Of a DNA stretch of 64,000 nt, positions 63,337-64,000 are shown one piece after another. The notes under the pieces are model-generated. The model worked only from the letters and a program-made list of their open reading frames with translations, was not told where the DNA came from and made no database searches. Position 1 is the stretch's first letter. Every line of letters starts with the position of its first letter. The position numbers and the translations under genes are program-made. The stretch is from Candidatus Saccharimonadales bacterium. Its GTDB lineage: Bacteria > Patescibacteriota > Saccharimonadia > Saccharimonadales > JAYRRP01. Location: contig JAYRIP010000005.1 in assembly GCA_041906765.1 (NCBI GenBank), positions 1,581 through 65,580 on the forward strand, written 5' to 3'.

Positions 63337-64000
63337 ATGAAAAATAATGCCTCATTTGTATACAATATTTTCTTAGTCGCAGGAGACTTTTTAGCACTTG
63401 TGGCGGCTTTTGTGGGGGCTTATGTTTTACGAGTCACCTTAGACGCTCGCCCGCTTATAGAAGCAATACCGGCCCGCACTTACTTAGGTATTTTTCTCAC
63501 ACTGTTGCCGTTTTGGATCATTATTTTTGCGCTTTTAGGACTGTATAACAGTAACGTTTACGAGAAACGATTTTCGGAGCTTAGTCGTTTACTCGTGGGC
63601 TCGTTTATAGGGCTATTATTTGTCATTGGTTATGATTTTGTAAGTAAACGCCCAATCTTTCCAGCTCGCTTAGTACCACTATACGGTTTCATTCTTGCCT
63701 TCATATTCTTAGTTATATTTCGAAACCTTGCGCGACTAATCAAAACTGTAATGTTTCGTTATAAAGTCGGCCTTACTAATATTTTGATTATTGGCGATAC
63801 CCCTGTAAGCAAAGAGTTAATTGAGAATCTGCATGATAGTCGCCACTCAGGTTATCGCGTTCTCGGGTATGTAAGTCACTCTGCTTTGTCCGACCAGCTT
63901 CACGCGCGCCGTTTCGACACTTACGAAGAAGCCTTCAAACACTTAGGCGCCGACAAAATACATAGTATTGTGCAAACAGAACTGTATCCCCAAAGTGAAA
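63337..64000 (+). CDS. polyprenyl glycosylphosphotransferase (WbaP/exopolysaccharide sugar transferase family), N-terminal part, truncated by window end
   Basis: Manual translation from ATG 63337 gives MKNNASFVYNIFLVAGDFLALVAAFVGAYVLR... It has 4-5 TM helices followed by ILIIGDTPVSKELIENL (Rossmann-like CoA-binding-type domain), as in the N-termini of bacterial sugar transferases. The frame is open to position 64000. Confidence 0.65.
   Translation, partial: MKNNASFVYNIFLVAGDFLALVAAFVGAYVLRVTLDARPLIEAIPARTYLGIFLTLLPFWIIIFALLGLYNSNVYEKRFSELSRLLVGSFIGLLFVIGYDFVSKRPIFPARLVPLYGFILAFIFLVIFRNLARLIKTVMFRYKVGLTNILIIGDTPVSKELIENLHDSRHSGYRVLGYVSHSALSDQLHARRFDTYEEAFKHLGADKIHSIVQTELYPQSE

Noticed and set aside
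1-64000. A search by eye for CRISPR arrays, long tandem repeats, IS elements, integrases, reverse transcriptases/DGRs and rRNA genes.
   Set aside because: I saw no regularly spaced direct repeats, no cas-like, transposase-like, integrase-like or RT-like ORFs, and no rRNA-like sequence. An exhaustive repeat search was not possible without tools, so short dispersed repeats may have been missed.

Overview
The window is a densely coded chromosomal segment, mostly on the minus strand and moderately AT-rich by eye, from a small-genome bacterium. The gene content points to a Patescibacteria/CPR genome, most like Saccharibacteria. Supporting signs are compact versions of housekeeping proteins, a type-2 AspRS, many membrane-anchored hypothetical proteins, an RRM protein and tRNAs with encoded CCA. 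This placement is inference only, because no database search was possible. Recognisable housekeeping genes are a tightly overlapping hrcA-grpE-dnaK-cutA-dnaJ operon with a CIRCE operator, lepA, murJ, tilS-ftsH, aspS, nadD, uppP, tsaC, a dus gene, a MurC-like ligase, a MutY-like glycosylase, two ABC transporter pairs, a Kef-type antiporter, MscS, VKOR and DsbA. There are three tRNA genes, and all three carry a CAU anticodon (initiator, elongator Met-like and Ile2-like). I saw no rRNA, CRISPR array, cas gene, transposase, integrase or reverse transcriptase. The leads I consider most worth follow-up are: (1) a three-gene cluster at 30275-33792 beside tRNA-fMet (the last two genes overlap), made of an acidic protein, an FtsK/HerA-superfamily P-loop ATPase with a novel N-terminus, and a Cys/Asn-rich repeat protein; (2) a RimK module at 2960-6627 with a second ATP-grasp ligase fused to a retropepsin-like (RimB-type) domain, next to a GGDEF cyclase expressed from a near-consensus leaderless promoter; (3) a small hotspot at 22164-24489 holding a WhiB-like gene, a tRNA whose last 21 nt are duplicated 171 bp downstream, and an HNH endonuclease gene that abuts the tRNA 5' end; (4) a histidine-kinase-like protein whose phospho-acceptor His is Asp and whose ATP lid is degenerate; (5) a roughly 200-nt structured leader or ncRNA candidate ending in a strong intrinsic terminator directly against the start of a zinc-ribbon protein gene upstream of nadD. 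All functional calls come from motif reading of the supplied translations and are not backed by searches.
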